This document shows positions 38,510 to 49,547 of a stretch of DNA of 64,000 bases, piece after piece. Below the pieces are notes generated by a model. The model did not search any database, was not told where the DNA came from, and saw nothing but the letters and a program-made list of their open reading frames with translations. Source of the stretch: Candidatus Komeilibacteria bacterium. GTDB taxonomy: Bacteria > Patescibacteriota > Patescibacteriia > UBA1558 > 2-01-FULL-52-15. The stretch lies in contig JAZDLR010000010.1 in assembly GCA_043801745.1 (NCBI GenBank), forward strand, positions 10,509 through 74,508, in the 5' to 3' direction. Position 1 is the first letter of the stretch. Each line of letters opens with the position of its first letter. Position numbers and translations under genes: made by a program.

Positions 38510-38594
38510 TCCTTAGCCAAATAAATAAATGAATATTTGCTGATATTATACCACACAATTGACTACACCAACAATTATTCGTTATAATAAAGCT

Positions 38595-39080
38595 ATGTTC
38601 TATCAACTCCGCCAGAAGAAATACTTAACCTTGCTAGCTATTTTGGTTATCATTGCTGTCGTGGCATTGGCTTATTGGTTGTGGTTGGCCTCGTGGTTCA
38701 GCTCGCGGCTGGCCCAGCAGCCAGACTGGAAAAGCAAAATCTTATCAGCTCCCCAGCTACCAACTGAAACCAGTATTGTCCTTAGCTACACTGGTCAGAT
38801 TCAACGAATTGATCTAAAGGCGGGCGAATTAACTATGGTTACGGCTTATGGTAATAAAACGATTATTTTCGATGAAGACACGCCCATTAGACAATTAAAG
38901 ACTCAACCTCTACCCACACGCGCTCCTTCAGCCCAACAACCTCCCAGAACGCTGGAAACGCTTTCCCTGCCCAAAACCCTAACCACCATAAAAGCCGGCG
39001 ACCTGATCCAGGCCTCCTCCTTGACGGATGTCCGCGGCTTAGCTACATTCAAAGCCAATACCATTGTGGTATTACAATAA
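38595..39080 (+). CDS. Hypothetical membrane-anchored protein (OB-fold/DUF5666-like)
   Basis: TM; GQIQRID..LT..T.I..IKAGD; TTGACT-18-TATAAT-6nt-ATG. Confidence 0.65.
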   Translation: MFYQLRQKKYLTLLAILVIIAVVALAYWLWLASWFSSRLAQQPDWKSKILSAPQLPTETSIVLSYTGQIQRIDLKAGELTMVTAYGNKTIIFDEDTPIRQLKTQPLPTRAPSAQQPPRTLETLSLPKTLTTIKAGDLIQASSLTDVRGLATFKANTIVVLQ

Positions 39081-39087
39081 CTAAACT

Positions 39088-39639
39088 ATGATTTATACCT
39101 ACATTTTGGTAGCTGTCATCGCCATTATCCTAATTTGGCTGATAGCCACCTTCAACAGCTTGATTCGCCGCCGCAATCAAGTGCAGGAGGGCTGGGCGGA
39201 TATTGATGTGCAATTAAAGCGCCGCTATGACCTGATTCCCAATCTGATGGAAACGGTCCGCGGTTATATGCAACACGAAGACCGAGTGCTGACGCAGGTG
39301 ACTGAAGCCCGTACTCTGGCCATGAAGGCCGAGAACGCCGACACCCGGGCTCAAGCCGAAAATGCTCTAACCGGAGCCCTGAAATCACTTTTCGCCGTGG
39401 CGGAAAATTATCCTGATTTGAAAGCCTCGGCCAACTTCCTGAAACTTCAGGATGAATTATCCGACACCGAAAATAAAATCCAGGCTGTCCGCCGCTTCTA
39501 TAATGGTCAAGTCCGCGACTTCAATACTGCTATTCAAGTATTCCCGACCAATCTGATAGCTTCAACAATGGGCATGAAAGCTTTTGCTTTCTTTGAAGCC
39601 GGAACAGAAGAGCGCGAGAACGTTCAAGTGAAATTCTAG
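39088..39639 (+). CDS. lemA: LemA family protein
   Basis: IDVQLKRRYDLIPNL, AVAENYPDLKA, RRFYN. Confidence 0.97.
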   Translation: MIYTYILVAVIAIILIWLIATFNSLIRRRNQVQEGWADIDVQLKRRYDLIPNLMETVRGYMQHEDRVLTQVTEARTLAMKAENADTRAQAENALTGALKSLFAVAENYPDLKASANFLKLQDELSDTENKIQAVRRFYNGQVRDFNTAIQVFPTNLIASTMGMKAFAFFEAGTEERENVQVKF

Positions 39640-39654
39640 ATAAATTATTTCTTT

Positions 39655-39686
39655 GAAAACCCAGTTATTTTTTTAGCTGGGTTTTC
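39655..39686 (+). terminator. Terminator-like hairpin between lemA and htpX
   Basis: gaaaacccagtta..tagctgggttttc. Confidence 0.5.
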
Positions 39687-39698
39687 GTACACATTACA

Positions 39699-40601
39699 AT
39701 GTATAGTGAAATTGCCAGTAACAAAAGGAAGACTATTTTAATAATAATTTTTTTTATGGGGGTATTAGCCGCTATTGGCTGGATTGCCGGCTGGTATTTT
39801 AATGCTGGCTACACTCCCCTGATAATAGCCATCTTAGTGGCCCTTTTCCTGTCGTTAATTAGTTATTTTAGCGGGGACAAAATCGCTCTATCCCTAGCCG
39901 GAGCCCGAAAAATAGAAAAAGCTGATAATCCCTATGTTTACAATATGGTGGAAAACTTAACCATTACCGCCGGCCTGCCATTGCCCAAGGTTTATCTCAT
40001 TACCGATCCAGCGCTTAATGCTTTTGCCACTGGCCGCGATCCACAACACTCCTCCATCGCTCTTACCACCGGAATTGTTGAAGCTCTGGAAAATGAGGAA
40101 TTAGAAGGCGTCATAGCCCATGAATTATCTCACGTAAAAAATTATGATATCCGGGTAATGATGATTGTTATTATTTGTGTTAGTGCTATCACCTTGCTAG
40201 CCAACATCATGACCCGCAATGCTTTGTGGGGTGGCGGCCGCAGATCCGGTAATGAACGCGACACCATAGGTCCTCTAATAATGATTATTGGCCTAATCTT
40301 CGTCATCTTATCGCCATTGATCGCCCAGTTAATGCAGCTGGCTATTTCCCGCAAACGGGAGTACTTAGCTGATGCCTCAGGAGCCCTACTAACCCGCTAT
40401 CCAGAAGGTTTAGCTAGGGCTTTAGAGAAAATTAGCCAAAGCGAACCGCTGAAACATTCAAATAAAGCCATTGCCCACTTGTATATCAACGAACCAGAAG
40501 GATCGGCCGCCAAAAACCGTCCTAGCCGCTGGCTGCAGTTATTCTCCACTCATCCGCCTATTACTGACCGCATTGCCCGTTTACGGTCTGTGACCAACTA
40601 A
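39699..40601 (+). CDS. htpX: M48 zinc metalloprotease HtpX
   Basis: NAFATG, HELSH, SRKREYLAD, FSTHP. Confidence 0.96.
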   Translation: MYSEIASNKRKTILIIIFFMGVLAAIGWIAGWYFNAGYTPLIIAILVALFLSLISYFSGDKIALSLAGARKIEKADNPYVYNMVENLTITAGLPLPKVYLITDPALNAFATGRDPQHSSIALTTGIVEALENEELEGVIAHELSHVKNYDIRVMMIVIICVSAITLLANIMTRNALWGGGRRSGNERDTIGPLIMIIGLIFVILSPLIAQLMQLAISRKREYLADASGALLTRYPEGLARALEKISQSEPLKHSNKAIAHLYINEPEGSAAKNRPSRWLQLFSTHPPITDRIARLRSVTN

Positions 40602-40666
40602 CCCTATTCCTTCTAATTGTCAAAACTGCTATACTATCTCAGTAATCAACCATTAAAAAAGACCCT

Positions 40667-41080
40667 ATGAAGAAATCTAAGTCTCAAGTTAAACATCTAA
40701 TTATTCTGGGAGCGATCTCTATTTTTTTTGCTGCCTTTCTAGCCCAGGCAGCCGGATCAGCTAATGCTGTGGAATTCTCCACAGCTCCATTACTGAGATT
40801 TAGTCAGAAAGGGGCACTGACCTATCGCACTATTGAAGGAACTATTGATTCCGCTGGTGTTAATTATCTGGTAGTTAAGACTGGTGAAAAAAAATTCGTC
40901 ACAGTAAAATTAAACAGAGCCACCCAAATATATTATGGCAATGCCACAACTACGGTCAGCGGTCTTAAAATCAACGCAGCGGTAAAAGTCCGCGCTCAAA
41001 TAAAAACTTCCGGCCTCGAAGCTACTGCCGTCAAAATGACCAAAATAACAGCGCCAACCCCGGCCGCTGTTAATAACTAA
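40667..41080 (+). CDS. Secreted hypothetical protein (DUF5666-like)
   Basis: Signal peptide; EGTI..LVV..T.I...LK....VKV. Confidence 0.7.
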   Translation: MKKSKSQVKHLIILGAISIFFAAFLAQAAGSANAVEFSTAPLLRFSQKGALTYRTIEGTIDSAGVNYLVVKTGEKKFVTVKLNRATQIYYGNATTTVSGLKINAAVKVRAQIKTSGLEATAVKMTKITAPTPAAVNN

Positions 41081-41086
41081 ATTTCT

Positions 41087-41119
41087 AAAAACTCCAGTCA
41101 GCTTGAACTGGAGTTTTTT
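41087..41119 (+). terminator. Intrinsic terminator
   Basis: aaaaactccagt-8nt-actggagtttttt. Confidence 0.75.
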
Positions 41120-41164
41120 GTTCCGCAAGTTGACTAAAAAAATAAGCCGTGCCATAGTATTTTT

Positions 41165-43660
41165 ATGAACGACAATTTATTAGACAAATTTACCGGCCAT
41201 TTCAAGCAAATCCTCATCCGCGCACAAAATGTCGCCTGGCAAAAGGGCGCTCAGAACATTGAACCGCTGCATTTACTCTATGCTCTGCTGGAACAAAAGG
41301 GCAGTATTGCGACGGAAATTTTGGCTAAACAAAACCTTAAAACAGCCGACCTGCAACTTAATCTTAATGAACCTTTAACTGCCGATAAACTACTGGCGAC
41401 CAATCCTTGGGATTTACCCCAGCCCAATGAGGCCAGTCAACATATAATTGAACAGGCAGTAAAAGTAGCTTATGAATTTGGTCATAAATATGTCGGTAGT
41501 GAACATTTACTATCCAGTCTGATTAATAACAATGACCGCAACGTCCAGGCCATTTTTTTACGCTACACTATTGATGTACACAAAATTGGCCAGCAGCTAG
41601 AATTAATTTTGCGCGGCGCCTCGAAATTTTCCAGCTGGCAACAGGAGCAAGGTGATACGCGTGATCTAGAAAACCGCCTAATGGGTGACAATTTAAATAA
41701 TCAGGAATCAATTCTGGAACAATTTACTACCGATTTAACCACTAAGGAAACTCAAGAAAAGATTGACCCCGTCATTGGGCGAGCGGCAGAAATCGAACGG
41801 CTAATCCAGATATTGTCCCGCCGGACAAAGAATAATCCTATTCTCCTGGGCGACGCCGGCGTGGGTAAAACCGCGATTATTGAAGGTCTGGCCAAAAAAA
41901 TTGTGGCCGGTGAAGTACCTGACGTACTACTGGATAAAAAAATCATCTGTTTAGATCTTTCGGCGGTAATCGCTGGCACCATGTACCGCGGTGAATTTGA
42001 ATCGCGTTTGAAAAAAATTATTGATGAAGTGAAAAATAATCCCCAATACATTCTCTTTATCGACGAAATTCATAATATTATTGGCGCCGGCGCTACCAGC
42101 GGTTCTCTTGACGCGGCCAATATACTTAAACCCGCTCTGGCTCGGGGACAATTGCGTTGTATTGGCGCCACTACCCGAGAAGAATACAAAAAATTTATTG
42201 AGAATGATAAAGCCTTGGAGCGCCGTTTTCAGCCCATTATAGTTGAGGAGGCCAGCGAAACCGAGACACTAGAAATACTCCGCGGCATTCAAAAAAATTA
42301 TGAGACTTATCATCGTGTTAACTTCACCCCGGAAGCCCTGGAAACTTCCATTGCCTTGAGCCAACGCTATATGCCGGATAAAAAATTACCCGATAAGGCT
42401 ATTGATTTATTGGATGAAGCCGCTTCCAGCTTACGCGTGGCTAAAGAAAAAAATAAGTCCATAAAAATTATCCGTGATTTAGAGCATCAGTTGGAAGGCA
42501 TCCGCCAAGCAAAAAAAACGGCCATTCTGGCAGAAAATTTTGCCAGCGCCATCAATCTGAAAGATCAGGAAGAAATCATCACTCAGGAATTGCAGTCTCT
42601 GCGCACCAACCAGACGCGGGAAAAAACTAATATTTTGGGCATTATTACAGCCGAACGAATTGCTGCCATTGTGGCCCGGGCCACCGGTATACCGGTGACT
42701 GAAATTCTGCAGTCCGAGCGGCGGAAATTATTGCACTTAGAAAAATATCTGCAGAAAGAACTTTTCGGGCAAGAAGACGCCTTGAAAATTGTGGCTGATA
42801 CTATCCGCCGCGCCCGGGCGGGTTTATCCGATCCTAATCGTCCCCTGGCTTCATTCATCTTTATGGGGCCGAGCGGCGTAGGCAAGACCGAAACTGCCAG
42901 ATTACTAGCCCGGCTATTATTTGATAATCCTAACGCTTTGATTCGCGTAGATATGTCGGAATTTGCCGAAAGCTTCAACGCTTCTAAGCTCATTGGTGCG
43001 CCGGCCGGCTATGTCGGCTACAAGGATGTCAATGTACTAACTGACGCTGTCAAAGCCAAACCCTACAGCATTGTCCTGTTTGATGAAATTGAGAAAGCTC
43101 ATCCGGACATCTTTAATTTGCTGCTTCAGGTTCTGGAAGATGGCCGCCTGACTGATGCTGCTGGCCGGATTATCAATTTCCGCAATACTATCATAATCAT
43201 GACCTCTAATATCGGCCTAGATCAATTTAATGCCCAGGCCGCCCTAGGTTTTGAAGCCAGCGAACAGCAGGAACAGTCAGCTGAAGCCAAGTTTGAGCAG
43301 ACCAGCGAACAAATTAGACAGTCGCTGCATGACTACTTCCGTCCGGAATTTCTTAACCGTATCGATAAGGTGGTTGTCTTCAAACCGCTAACCAAATCAG
43401 CTGCCAAAAAAATCATTCAAGCGGAAATTGAGAAATTGCGAGCCAAGTTAGCCTCACGCCAGATTACTTTTGATCTTGATGCCGGCACCATTAATTATCT
43501 GGCTAACGAAGGCTTCAAGGTGGAAGAAGGCGCCCGATCCTTGAAACGCTTTTTCCAGGAACACATCACAAATGTTCTGGCCGAACAAATACTCGGTGCT
43601 GAGACCAGTCATCATTTTCAGGCTAATATTCAAGATAAGCGTATTGTCGTAACTCAGTAA
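41165..43660 (+). CDS. clpC: ATP-dependent Clp protease ATP-binding subunit
   Basis: Two Clp-N repeats, [24 protein letters not shown], short UVR-type middle domain. Confidence 0.95.
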   Translation: MNDNLLDKFTGHFKQILIRAQNVAWQKGAQNIEPLHLLYALLEQKGSIATEILAKQNLKTADLQLNLNEPLTADKLLATNPWDLPQPNEASQHIIEQAVKVAYEFGHKYVGSEHLLSSLINNNDRNVQAIFLRYTIDVHKIGQQLELILRGASKFSSWQQEQGDTRDLENRLMGDNLNNQESILEQFTTDLTTKETQEKIDPVIGRAAEIERLIQILSRRTKNNPILLGDAGVGKTAIIEGLAKKIVAGEVPDVLLDKKIICLDLSAVIAGTMYRGEFESRLKKIIDEVKNNPQYILFIDEIHNIIGAGATSGSLDAANILKPALARGQLRCIGATTREEYKKFIENDKALERRFQPIIVEEASETETLEILRGIQKNYETYHRVNFTPEALETSIALSQRYMPDKKLPDKAIDLLDEAASSLRVAKEKNKSIKIIRDLEHQLEGIRQAKKTAILAENFASAINLKDQEEIITQELQSLRTNQTREKTNILGIITAERIAAIVARATGIPVTEILQSERRKLLHLEKYLQKELFGQEDALKIVADTIRRARAGLSDPNRPLASFIFMGPSGVGKTETARLLARLLFDNPNALIRVDMSEFAESFNASKLIGAPAGYVGYKDVNVLTDAVKAKPYSIVLFDEIEKAHPDIFNLLLQVLEDGRLTDAAGRIINFRNTIIIMTSNIGLDQFNAQAALGFEASEQQEQSAEAKFEQTSEQIRQSLHDYFRPEFLNRIDKVVVFKPLTKSAAKKIIQAEIEKLRAKLASRQITFDLDAGTINYLANEGFKVEEGARSLKRFFQEHITNVLAEQILGAETSHHFQANIQDKRIVVTQ

Positions 43661-43699
43661 TTTAACAATAAATAAAAACAGGGACTTTAACCTGTTTTT

Positions 43700-44338
43700 A
43701 TGTTATTCCAACAGCTACTCAATTTAATTTTCCCCCTAAGCTGTCTTCACTGTGGCCAAGGCGATGAACTTCTTTGCGTCGCCTGCCGCGAGACCCTGAT
43801 ACTTCAGCCGCAGACAATACCGGGCGGAACAGTTAAGACCCTTCTAGTGGCTGCTGACTATGAAACGCCTATAATTCAGACTTTAATTAAGGCCTACAAA
43901 TATCATAATCTGCCGCAGCTAGCCAGCTATCTTGCTCCCCTTTTGATTCAACGGCTGCAATCCATCCCCCAACTACCACCAATGGAAATCCTGCCCATTC
44001 CGCTCCACGCCAAAAGATTACGCCAACGCGAATATAACCAAAGTCTGCTGCTGGCTCAGCTGGTAGCCAGTCATTTTGGCTGGAAGCTTAATTCTGACCT
44101 GCGGCGCAATAAAAATACTTCCGCTCAAGCCCGCTTAAACCGCGAGCAACGTCTACACAATTTAGATCAGGCTTTCCATTATACTGGTACTTCGCTGGTC
44201 GGGAAGAATGTTCTATTACTAGATGATGTTATTACTACCGGAGCCACGATAGAAGCGGCCGCAGCTGCGCTGCGGCCGCACCAACCTGACAGTATTTGGG
44301 CCCTGGCTCTGGCCCGCAATCAATCACTGCGCTATTGA
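43700..44338 (+). CDS. comF: ComF-family competence protein
   Basis: CxxC..CxxC, IPLH..R..R.YNQ, LLLDDVITTGAT. Confidence 0.93.
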   Translation: MLFQQLLNLIFPLSCLHCGQGDELLCVACRETLILQPQTIPGGTVKTLLVAADYETPIIQTLIKAYKYHNLPQLASYLAPLLIQRLQSIPQLPPMEILPIPLHAKRLRQREYNQSLLLAQLVASHFGWKLNSDLRRNKNTSAQARLNREQRLHNLDQAFHYTGTSLVGKNVLLLDDVITTGATIEAAAAALRPHQPDSIWALALARNQSLRY

Positions 44339-44871
44339 AATAAGTAAACCACTAACATTACTACTGCCACTAATACGCCGATCATAAAAATTGTCCGCGC
44401 TAAATAAAAGAAATACTTTTTCGGCCGGTAATAGTAACGAATCATATTGTAGGTCTCTCGGGCAAATTCGCGGTAACCATAGGCCTTATCTTCAATAATG
44501 CGGGGTAATAATTTAGCTAATTGATCAGCCGAGTCAAAACTAATCATTTTCTTACGATAAAGCAGGCTCTCTATTTGCCCCTGCTTACGTAATAGACTCG
44601 GCGGCCTGACGGCTAAGATAGCTATTATCGTGGCTGTGGCGGAAAAAATGGCTAACGTCTGATAGATTGAAGAAAATGCCTGATTAGTGATCTGCGTCAG
44701 AGAAAAAATAAAAATACTGGAGGTAAAACCAATCAGAATAGCTATATGAGTATCCAAATGCTCCGTAAAAGAAATGACCCGCTCTAAATTACTTTTCAAA
44801 AATTCTAATTCTTCTAAAGTTAAACGGCTAGATTTTGATTTCGGCCAAGTTTGAATTACTTTTTTCGGCAT
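44332..44871 (-). CDS. Pycsar-effector (DUF5706)-like membrane protein
   Basis: LDTHIAILIG, two TMs ending AVRP, SLLY..ISF, ETY...KKY then a third TM. Confidence 0.6.
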   Translation of the reverse strand: MPKKVIQTWPKSKSSRLTLEELEFLKSNLERVISFTEHLDTHIAILIGFTSSIFIFSLTQITNQAFSSIYQTLAIFSATATIIAILAVRPPSLLRKQGQIESLLYRKKMISFDSADQLAKLLPRIIEDKAYGYREFARETYNMIRYYYRPKKYFFYLARTIFMIGVLVAVVMLVVYLFQ

Positions 44872-44872
44872 A

Positions 44873-45586
44873 CTAACGCACTGTTGACCACTTCTTAACC
44901 GGCTTTCCTTGCGCCGCACGCAGGTAATTAACCGACCACTGCCACATCAAATGCCAGTAACCGACCTGACGGTAACGGCGCGGCGATTCATAGACCGGTG
45001 TTTCCAAACAAGCAATACGTCCCTGACGGGCCAAACGGTTATATAATTCAAAATCCTCTCCCGCTCCCAGCCGCTCATTATAGCCGCCAAGTTGATTAAA
45101 AATTGATTTGCGTATTATTTGACACTCACCTTTGGCCGCGCCGCGTCCAATACGGTTAAGCCATTTTACATACTGCCAGAATAACCAGTGAAAAAGTTTA
45201 TCTGACCATAAACGCTCCTGAGGATAAACACCGGAGCGGGCCGTAGCTGCCACAATCCGCGGTTGACTAAAACCTTCAATGATAGCCGCTAGAAAAGCTT
45301 CAATATCAGCCACCAAGACATCCGCATCTAAAAATACTAAAATTTGACCTTTGGCCATGGCTGCTCCCCGGTTACGTCCGCGGGCAATAGTTTCCGGCCG
45401 ATTATCCGGCTTGCGGGCAATCTGATCAGCTAAAGGCCGGGCTATCTGAATAGTGCCATCAGTACTGCCGCCATCAGCCATAATAACTTCTAAATCATCG
45501 CTACGGTAACTTTGCCACTGTTTCAAAGAACGACCAATAACGGTCGCCTCATTGAAAGTAGGGATAATAATGCTGAATCGCGGCAT
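44873..45586 (-). CDS. Glycosyltransferase family 2
   Basis: SIIIPTFNE, DGGSTD, FLDAD, GED, SPRR. Confidence 0.95.
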   Translation of the reverse strand: MPRFSIIIPTFNEATVIGRSLKQWQSYRSDDLEVIMADGGSTDGTIQIARPLADQIARKPDNRPETIARGRNRGAAMAKGQILVFLDADVLVADIEAFLAAIIEGFSQPRIVAATARSGVYPQERLWSDKLFHWLFWQYVKWLNRIGRGAAKGECQIIRKSIFNQLGGYNERLGAGEDFELYNRLARQGRIACLETPVYESPRRYRQVGYWHLMWQWSVNYLRAAQGKPVKKWSTVR

Positions 45587-45589
45587 AAT

Positions 45590-46603
45590 TTATTCCTGAT
45601 TCACAACACTATAACAATAAGGCTTATCTGGCTTGTCAGGATTGGGCAGGCCAAATATTTCACCGTGAATATGAGTAATACCTTCTATTCCAAAACAGGG
45701 AACTTTATCACCAGGCCCATTTTCGCATTGGATATAGTCAAAACCTGATTGCTTCATGACATCTTCCAGCGCAACATAAAGAGTAGCAGGCGCGATCGTC
45801 AAATCAACCGCACAAGAGACCGGTGGATAAGCTGCATCAAATTTACACTTATTTGCTGGCCCTCCATAATGAAACGAATCACTATGCTGACACGATCCCA
45901 GAAGATCACCTTCAACTTCATCGCGATGACATAATTTTTTTCCTGCAGATACCGAGAAAATATTTCCGTCAGTAACACTACTCAAACCAACATTCCCCCA
46001 CCATGATTTTAGATTCGATTCCATATTATTCATAACTTTAACCAAACTGGGATGAAAAGTTGCCATTTGTTGATCAGCATTCCAGAGTGATGAAACCCTG
46101 ATAATTTTCTTCAAGCTCGGTTGCTCACCTGTACGTTTACAATATCCCGTGCCCTCCTGTCCTATAGTTATTTGTGAAGGAATGGTTACAACTTGAATAT
46201 CAATACTTTTCAAATTAACTAACTGACTATTAATCTGCGCAAATAAAACCCAGGAAATCAATGCCAACACCAGACCCGTGATGGCGCCGATAACAATATC
46301 CTTGGATTCTTTAATTTTACCGGCATCACCTACTGCCAGTAACCAGCGTAAACCACCAATAATGATCATCAAAACAGCCAGGATTACCGCTGCCCGGACA
46401 AAAAAAACGTACAAGGAAGAAATATAACAAGCCAGAAAAGTACCATCAGGAATACTCGAACAATTTTGTCCCAGCCCTAAATAAGAAGTAAATTTAATGC
46501 CGGCCGAAGCAAATACGTTTTGCCTCACACTTTCTACCGGACCGGCAGCCTGAGCAGTCGAAATTACCAAATGTGACCACCAACTAATAAATAGAGAAAT
46601 CAT
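45590..46603 (-). CDS. VirB2/TrbC-like pilin fused to a putative M15-type zinc peptidase domain
   Basis: LAVLMIIIGG.RW..A.GD..KIKESK..I..AITGL..INS; C-terminal SFHYGG..AVD..HIH. Confidence 0.72.
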   Translation of the reverse strand: MISLFISWWSHLVISTAQAAGPVESVRQNVFASAGIKFTSYLGLGQNCSSIPDGTFLACYISSLYVFFVRAAVILAVLMIIIGGLRWLLAVGDAGKIKESKDIVIGAITGLVLALISWVLFAQINSQLVNLKSIDIQVVTIPSQITIGQEGTGYCKRTGEQPSLKKIIRVSSLWNADQQMATFHPSLVKVMNNMESNLKSWWGNVGLSSVTDGNIFSVSAGKKLCHRDEVEGDLLGSCQHSDSFHYGGPANKCKFDAAYPPVSCAVDLTIAPATLYVALEDVMKQSGFDYIQCENGPGDKVPCFGIEGITHIHGEIFGLPNPDKPDKPYCYSVVNQE

Positions 46604-47232
46604 CGTTGTTCAATTATTGTTTGCCACTCACTTAAACTTAATTCACCCTCAACTCTAATTGTACCATTTACTTCGGAATATGGCACGGCGGAAATATTAG
46701 CTGCCACAGCTTCAGCCACAGAACGCTCCACCAGATCAAGCGGCTGCTGCTCGGACAAACAAACTGTAAAAAGATCTCTGTCTAATCCCAAATTACCGGC
46801 CATATTAACTAACGCTGTTGAGCCGGAAACGAGGTTGCCTTGACGGGCGAATAAGCCATCGTGATACTGCCAGAATTGACCCTGATTTTGGGCGCAGCGG
46901 GCAGCTAAGGCTAATTGCCGTGAGGCGTCATCTTCAGGTAAATCTTTCCAAACCAAACGCACCCGGTCAGGATAACGAGCCACAATTTGTTGTAGTGTAT
47001 CGGCGTTCCGCTTACAGGCCGGGCAGGAAAAACTACTAAAGGTAATGACCGTCACCGCGGCCTGCCGCTGACCCAAAACAGGATCCTCAGGATCAACAAC
47101 AACCGGTTGAAAACTCTGTTTAACTTCAGTTAACCGGCCAGAGGCAAAACGGATACGCCTAACCACTATAACTGCCACTGCTGCTGTCAGCAAAAAAACA
47201 ATAAAAATAATCGTTAGCCACTTCCTATTCAT
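46600..47232 (-). CDS. DsbA-family oxidoreductase
   Basis: TM, FSSFSCPAC, WKDLP, AVP. Confidence 0.9.
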   Translation of the reverse strand: MNRKWLTIIFIVFLLTAAVAVIVVRRIRFASGRLTEVKQSFQPVVVDPEDPVLGQRQAAVTVITFSSFSCPACKRNADTLQQIVARYPDRVRLVWKDLPEDDASRQLALAARCAQNQGQFWQYHDGLFARQGNLVSGSTALVNMAGNLGLDRDLFTVCLSEQQPLDLVERSVAEAVAANISAVPYSEVNGTIRVEGELSLSEWQTIIEQR

Positions 47233-47234
47233 GG

Positions 47235-48449
47235 TTATTTTAATTGGATACTGTGCAACTTATTACTAAAGCGGTCGGTAAAATATAACATTGATTCATC
47301 AGCCGATAGGAAAACACTGGCGGCGTTATACAGCTGCTCATTACCGACCGGAATAGCCAGCGGCACGCGCACGCCCGAAGCAAGGTCAATCCGGTAAAAA
47401 ACATCCGGAATGGTATCAGCTAAAGACGGATATAGTCCGGCACCATCGGGTAACTCCCGTGGCACAGCGCAAAATATCTGATCACCGCCACGGTTGAAAG
47501 TGCATTTATTAGCCCAGGTTTGCAGCTGTAAATCAGTATGACTGTAGCCCAAATCAGCAGCACTACCCTGGGTTAGCCATAAACGCGGCTTAAAACTGTC
47601 ACCGGCATTAGAGGCGTTATACAGCAAATTGTCCCCGGCCGGTGACCAGTTACCCTGAAACTTCAGACCGTCCACAGTAAAAGATTTAAAATTCTCGCCA
47701 TTTCTGCCAATGGGAATAACCTGCTGTTTGTCCGTACCAATAGCTTCCCGGTATAAAGCGATGATTTGATTATCCGGTGATATTGACACCTGCAGATCAA
47801 CGACGTTATTACCGCTGATCGGTTCCACTAATTTTAGATCCGAACCGTCTAATTTACTGGTGGTCAGCCATTGATTATCCTGATCGCCACCCTGCCAAAC
47901 TGCAGCCAGTGTTGTTCCCGAAGGATCAATAGAAAATTTTTCCAGCTCTTTAGGCAAAGTTATCTGTTTCTTGGTATTGAAATCGTACATGATATTAGAG
48001 CCGTCAGGATATTCCAGAATCGCCTGCTGTCTGACTGGCGACCAAGTTACTGTCTCCACCCCGTAGAAGACCGGGTCACTGTAGGGGACTGTCTTACCAT
48101 CAACATTAAGTGAGACAAATTGCGAACTGCCGGGCTGATAATAGACTAAACCACCGCCGGTTATTTTCGGATTAACGATTCCATCTGGACCATAATCAGT
48201 TACTTGAGTCAGTCCGCCGGAGGCTACAGCGTCTACGGTGACAGCAGTCGGGAAACCAGCGGGCGGCGTGGTGGTTGGTGTTACAACAGGAATCTGACCC
48301 GGAGTAACACCGGGTAATTGTCCGGGTGTATTTGTATTTGTTACCGGCACATTACCTGTCGGCCGGAAAAAAACAGCGTATAGACCGTAGGCGATCCCCA
48401 TCACTACTACCACGAATCCGACATACAAACCGATTTTTTTGATATTCAT
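47235..48449 (-). CDS. Membrane-anchored TolB-like beta-propeller protein
   Basis: TM, Pro/Thr linker, WSP/ISP repeats; start at MNIKKIG. Confidence 0.75.
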   Translation of the reverse strand: MNIKKIGLYVGFVVVVMGIAYGLYAVFFRPTGNVPVTNTNTPGQLPGVTPGQIPVVTPTTTPPAGFPTAVTVDAVASGGLTQVTDYGPDGIVNPKITGGGLVYYQPGSSQFVSLNVDGKTVPYSDPVFYGVETVTWSPVRQQAILEYPDGSNIMYDFNTKKQITLPKELEKFSIDPSGTTLAAVWQGGDQDNQWLTTSKLDGSDLKLVEPISGNNVVDLQVSISPDNQIIALYREAIGTDKQQVIPIGRNGENFKSFTVDGLKFQGNWSPAGDNLLYNASNAGDSFKPRLWLTQGSAADLGYSHTDLQLQTWANKCTFNRGGDQIFCAVPRELPDGAGLYPSLADTIPDVFYRIDLASGVRVPLAIPVGNEQLYNAASVFLSADESMLYFTDRFSNKLHSIQLK

Positions 48450-48453
48450 AATT

Positions 48454-49023
48454 TTATTGAGAGGTAACCGGAGCAGTAACTGTACTGGTAGTGGCCGCCG
48501 GGTGCACAATCCCGTCCCACCAATTTCTAATTATTAAGCCAACAAACAATTTAGGATCAATAATCGGCATAAGAATAATTAATAAAATTGAAACTAAAGT
48601 TAGTATTATCCAGTCAACAAACACCAAAATGGCAAATTCCAAACCATTAAGTCTGTCCTCGGCCAAATACGGCAGAGAGCTGCCGAATAGATTACAAACA
48701 ACCAAACGCAGATGCATTTCCAGAAAGACTAGAACCAAAGCTACGATCGTAGCACTGGTAACCAGACGCCGGAGTTCGCGCAAAGATTTTCCCGACTTTA
48801 AGACTTCAGTAATTTTGTCAGCCTGATCGTTACTCTTCTGGCCATAGTGTTCCAAACGGCTGGCAGTTTTCTGCTGGTTAAATTGCTCCTGACGATCCCG
48901 CTCCAACTGCTGTTGCTCCAGACGGACATCGGCCGGATAATCTTTACCGGGCTGCCAATCTAAACCTGGCCGTGCTTGTAAAGTCTCGGCCATATTAGGG
49001 TTTACTCCACTCGGCGGCATCAA
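48454..49023 (-). CDS. Hypothetical membrane protein
   Basis: Two TM segments, operon position. Confidence 0.7.
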   Translation of the reverse strand: MMPPSGVNPNMAETLQARPGLDWQPGKDYPADVRLEQQQLERDRQEQFNQQKTASRLEHYGQKSNDQADKITEVLKSGKSLRELRRLVTSATIVALVLVFLEMHLRLVVCNLFGSSLPYLAEDRLNGLEFAILVFVDWIILTLVSILLIILMPIIDPKLFVGLIIRNWWDGIVHPAATTSTVTAPVTSQ

Positions 49024-49546
49024 CCAGCCACTGATTGGCTTGTTTAATCAAAGTTAAGGCCAAATCCTGATAATAGACCTTGGGTTGCAGACTGGCATTA
49101 CGTTCACTGCGCTGCAAAGTCACCACCAGCTGAGCCACGGCGGCGTTAGCCTGAACCACTTTAATGGCAATCAGGCGGCTTTCCACTCCTTGGTAGCTGT
49201 CACCGGGCTTGGTATTGGCAGTTGTAAAGGTTGAACTCAGACGGCCGGTCATCAGGGGAAACAATTGCTTGATATTATCATAAGGATTTTGATTGGAATA
49301 ACTGCCGAAACGTTCAGCGAAATTTCTGGCTGCCACCACTGCCTCCCCACCTTCCGGAGCTTTGACCGGAGTTTCCGGGGAGTTAGAGTTAGTGACTGCC
49401 GTATTATTCTGATTAGTCAGGACAACGTCGCGGGGCTGCTGTTGAGTAATCAGCCACCAGATAAAAAAAGACGCCAAGACAATAACAACAATAATAGTAA
49501 TTATTACCCCCAGTTTATTATCTTGCCACCATTGACGGACATCCAT
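48995..49546 (-). CDS. Bitopic protein, VirB8/TcpC-like
   Basis: TM, ARNFAERFGSYS, LIKQ..WLVD NTF2-like ending; follows virB4. Confidence 0.6.
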   Translation of the reverse strand: MDVRQWWQDNKLGVIITIIVVIVLASFFIWWLITQQQPRDVVLTNQNNTAVTNSNSPETPVKAPEGGEAVVAARNFAERFGSYSNQNPYDNIKQLFPLMTGRLSSTFTTANTKPGDSYQGVESRLIAIKVVQANAAVAQLVVTLQRSERNASLQPKVYYQDLALTLIKQANQWLVDAAEWSKP

Positions 49547-49547
49547 A

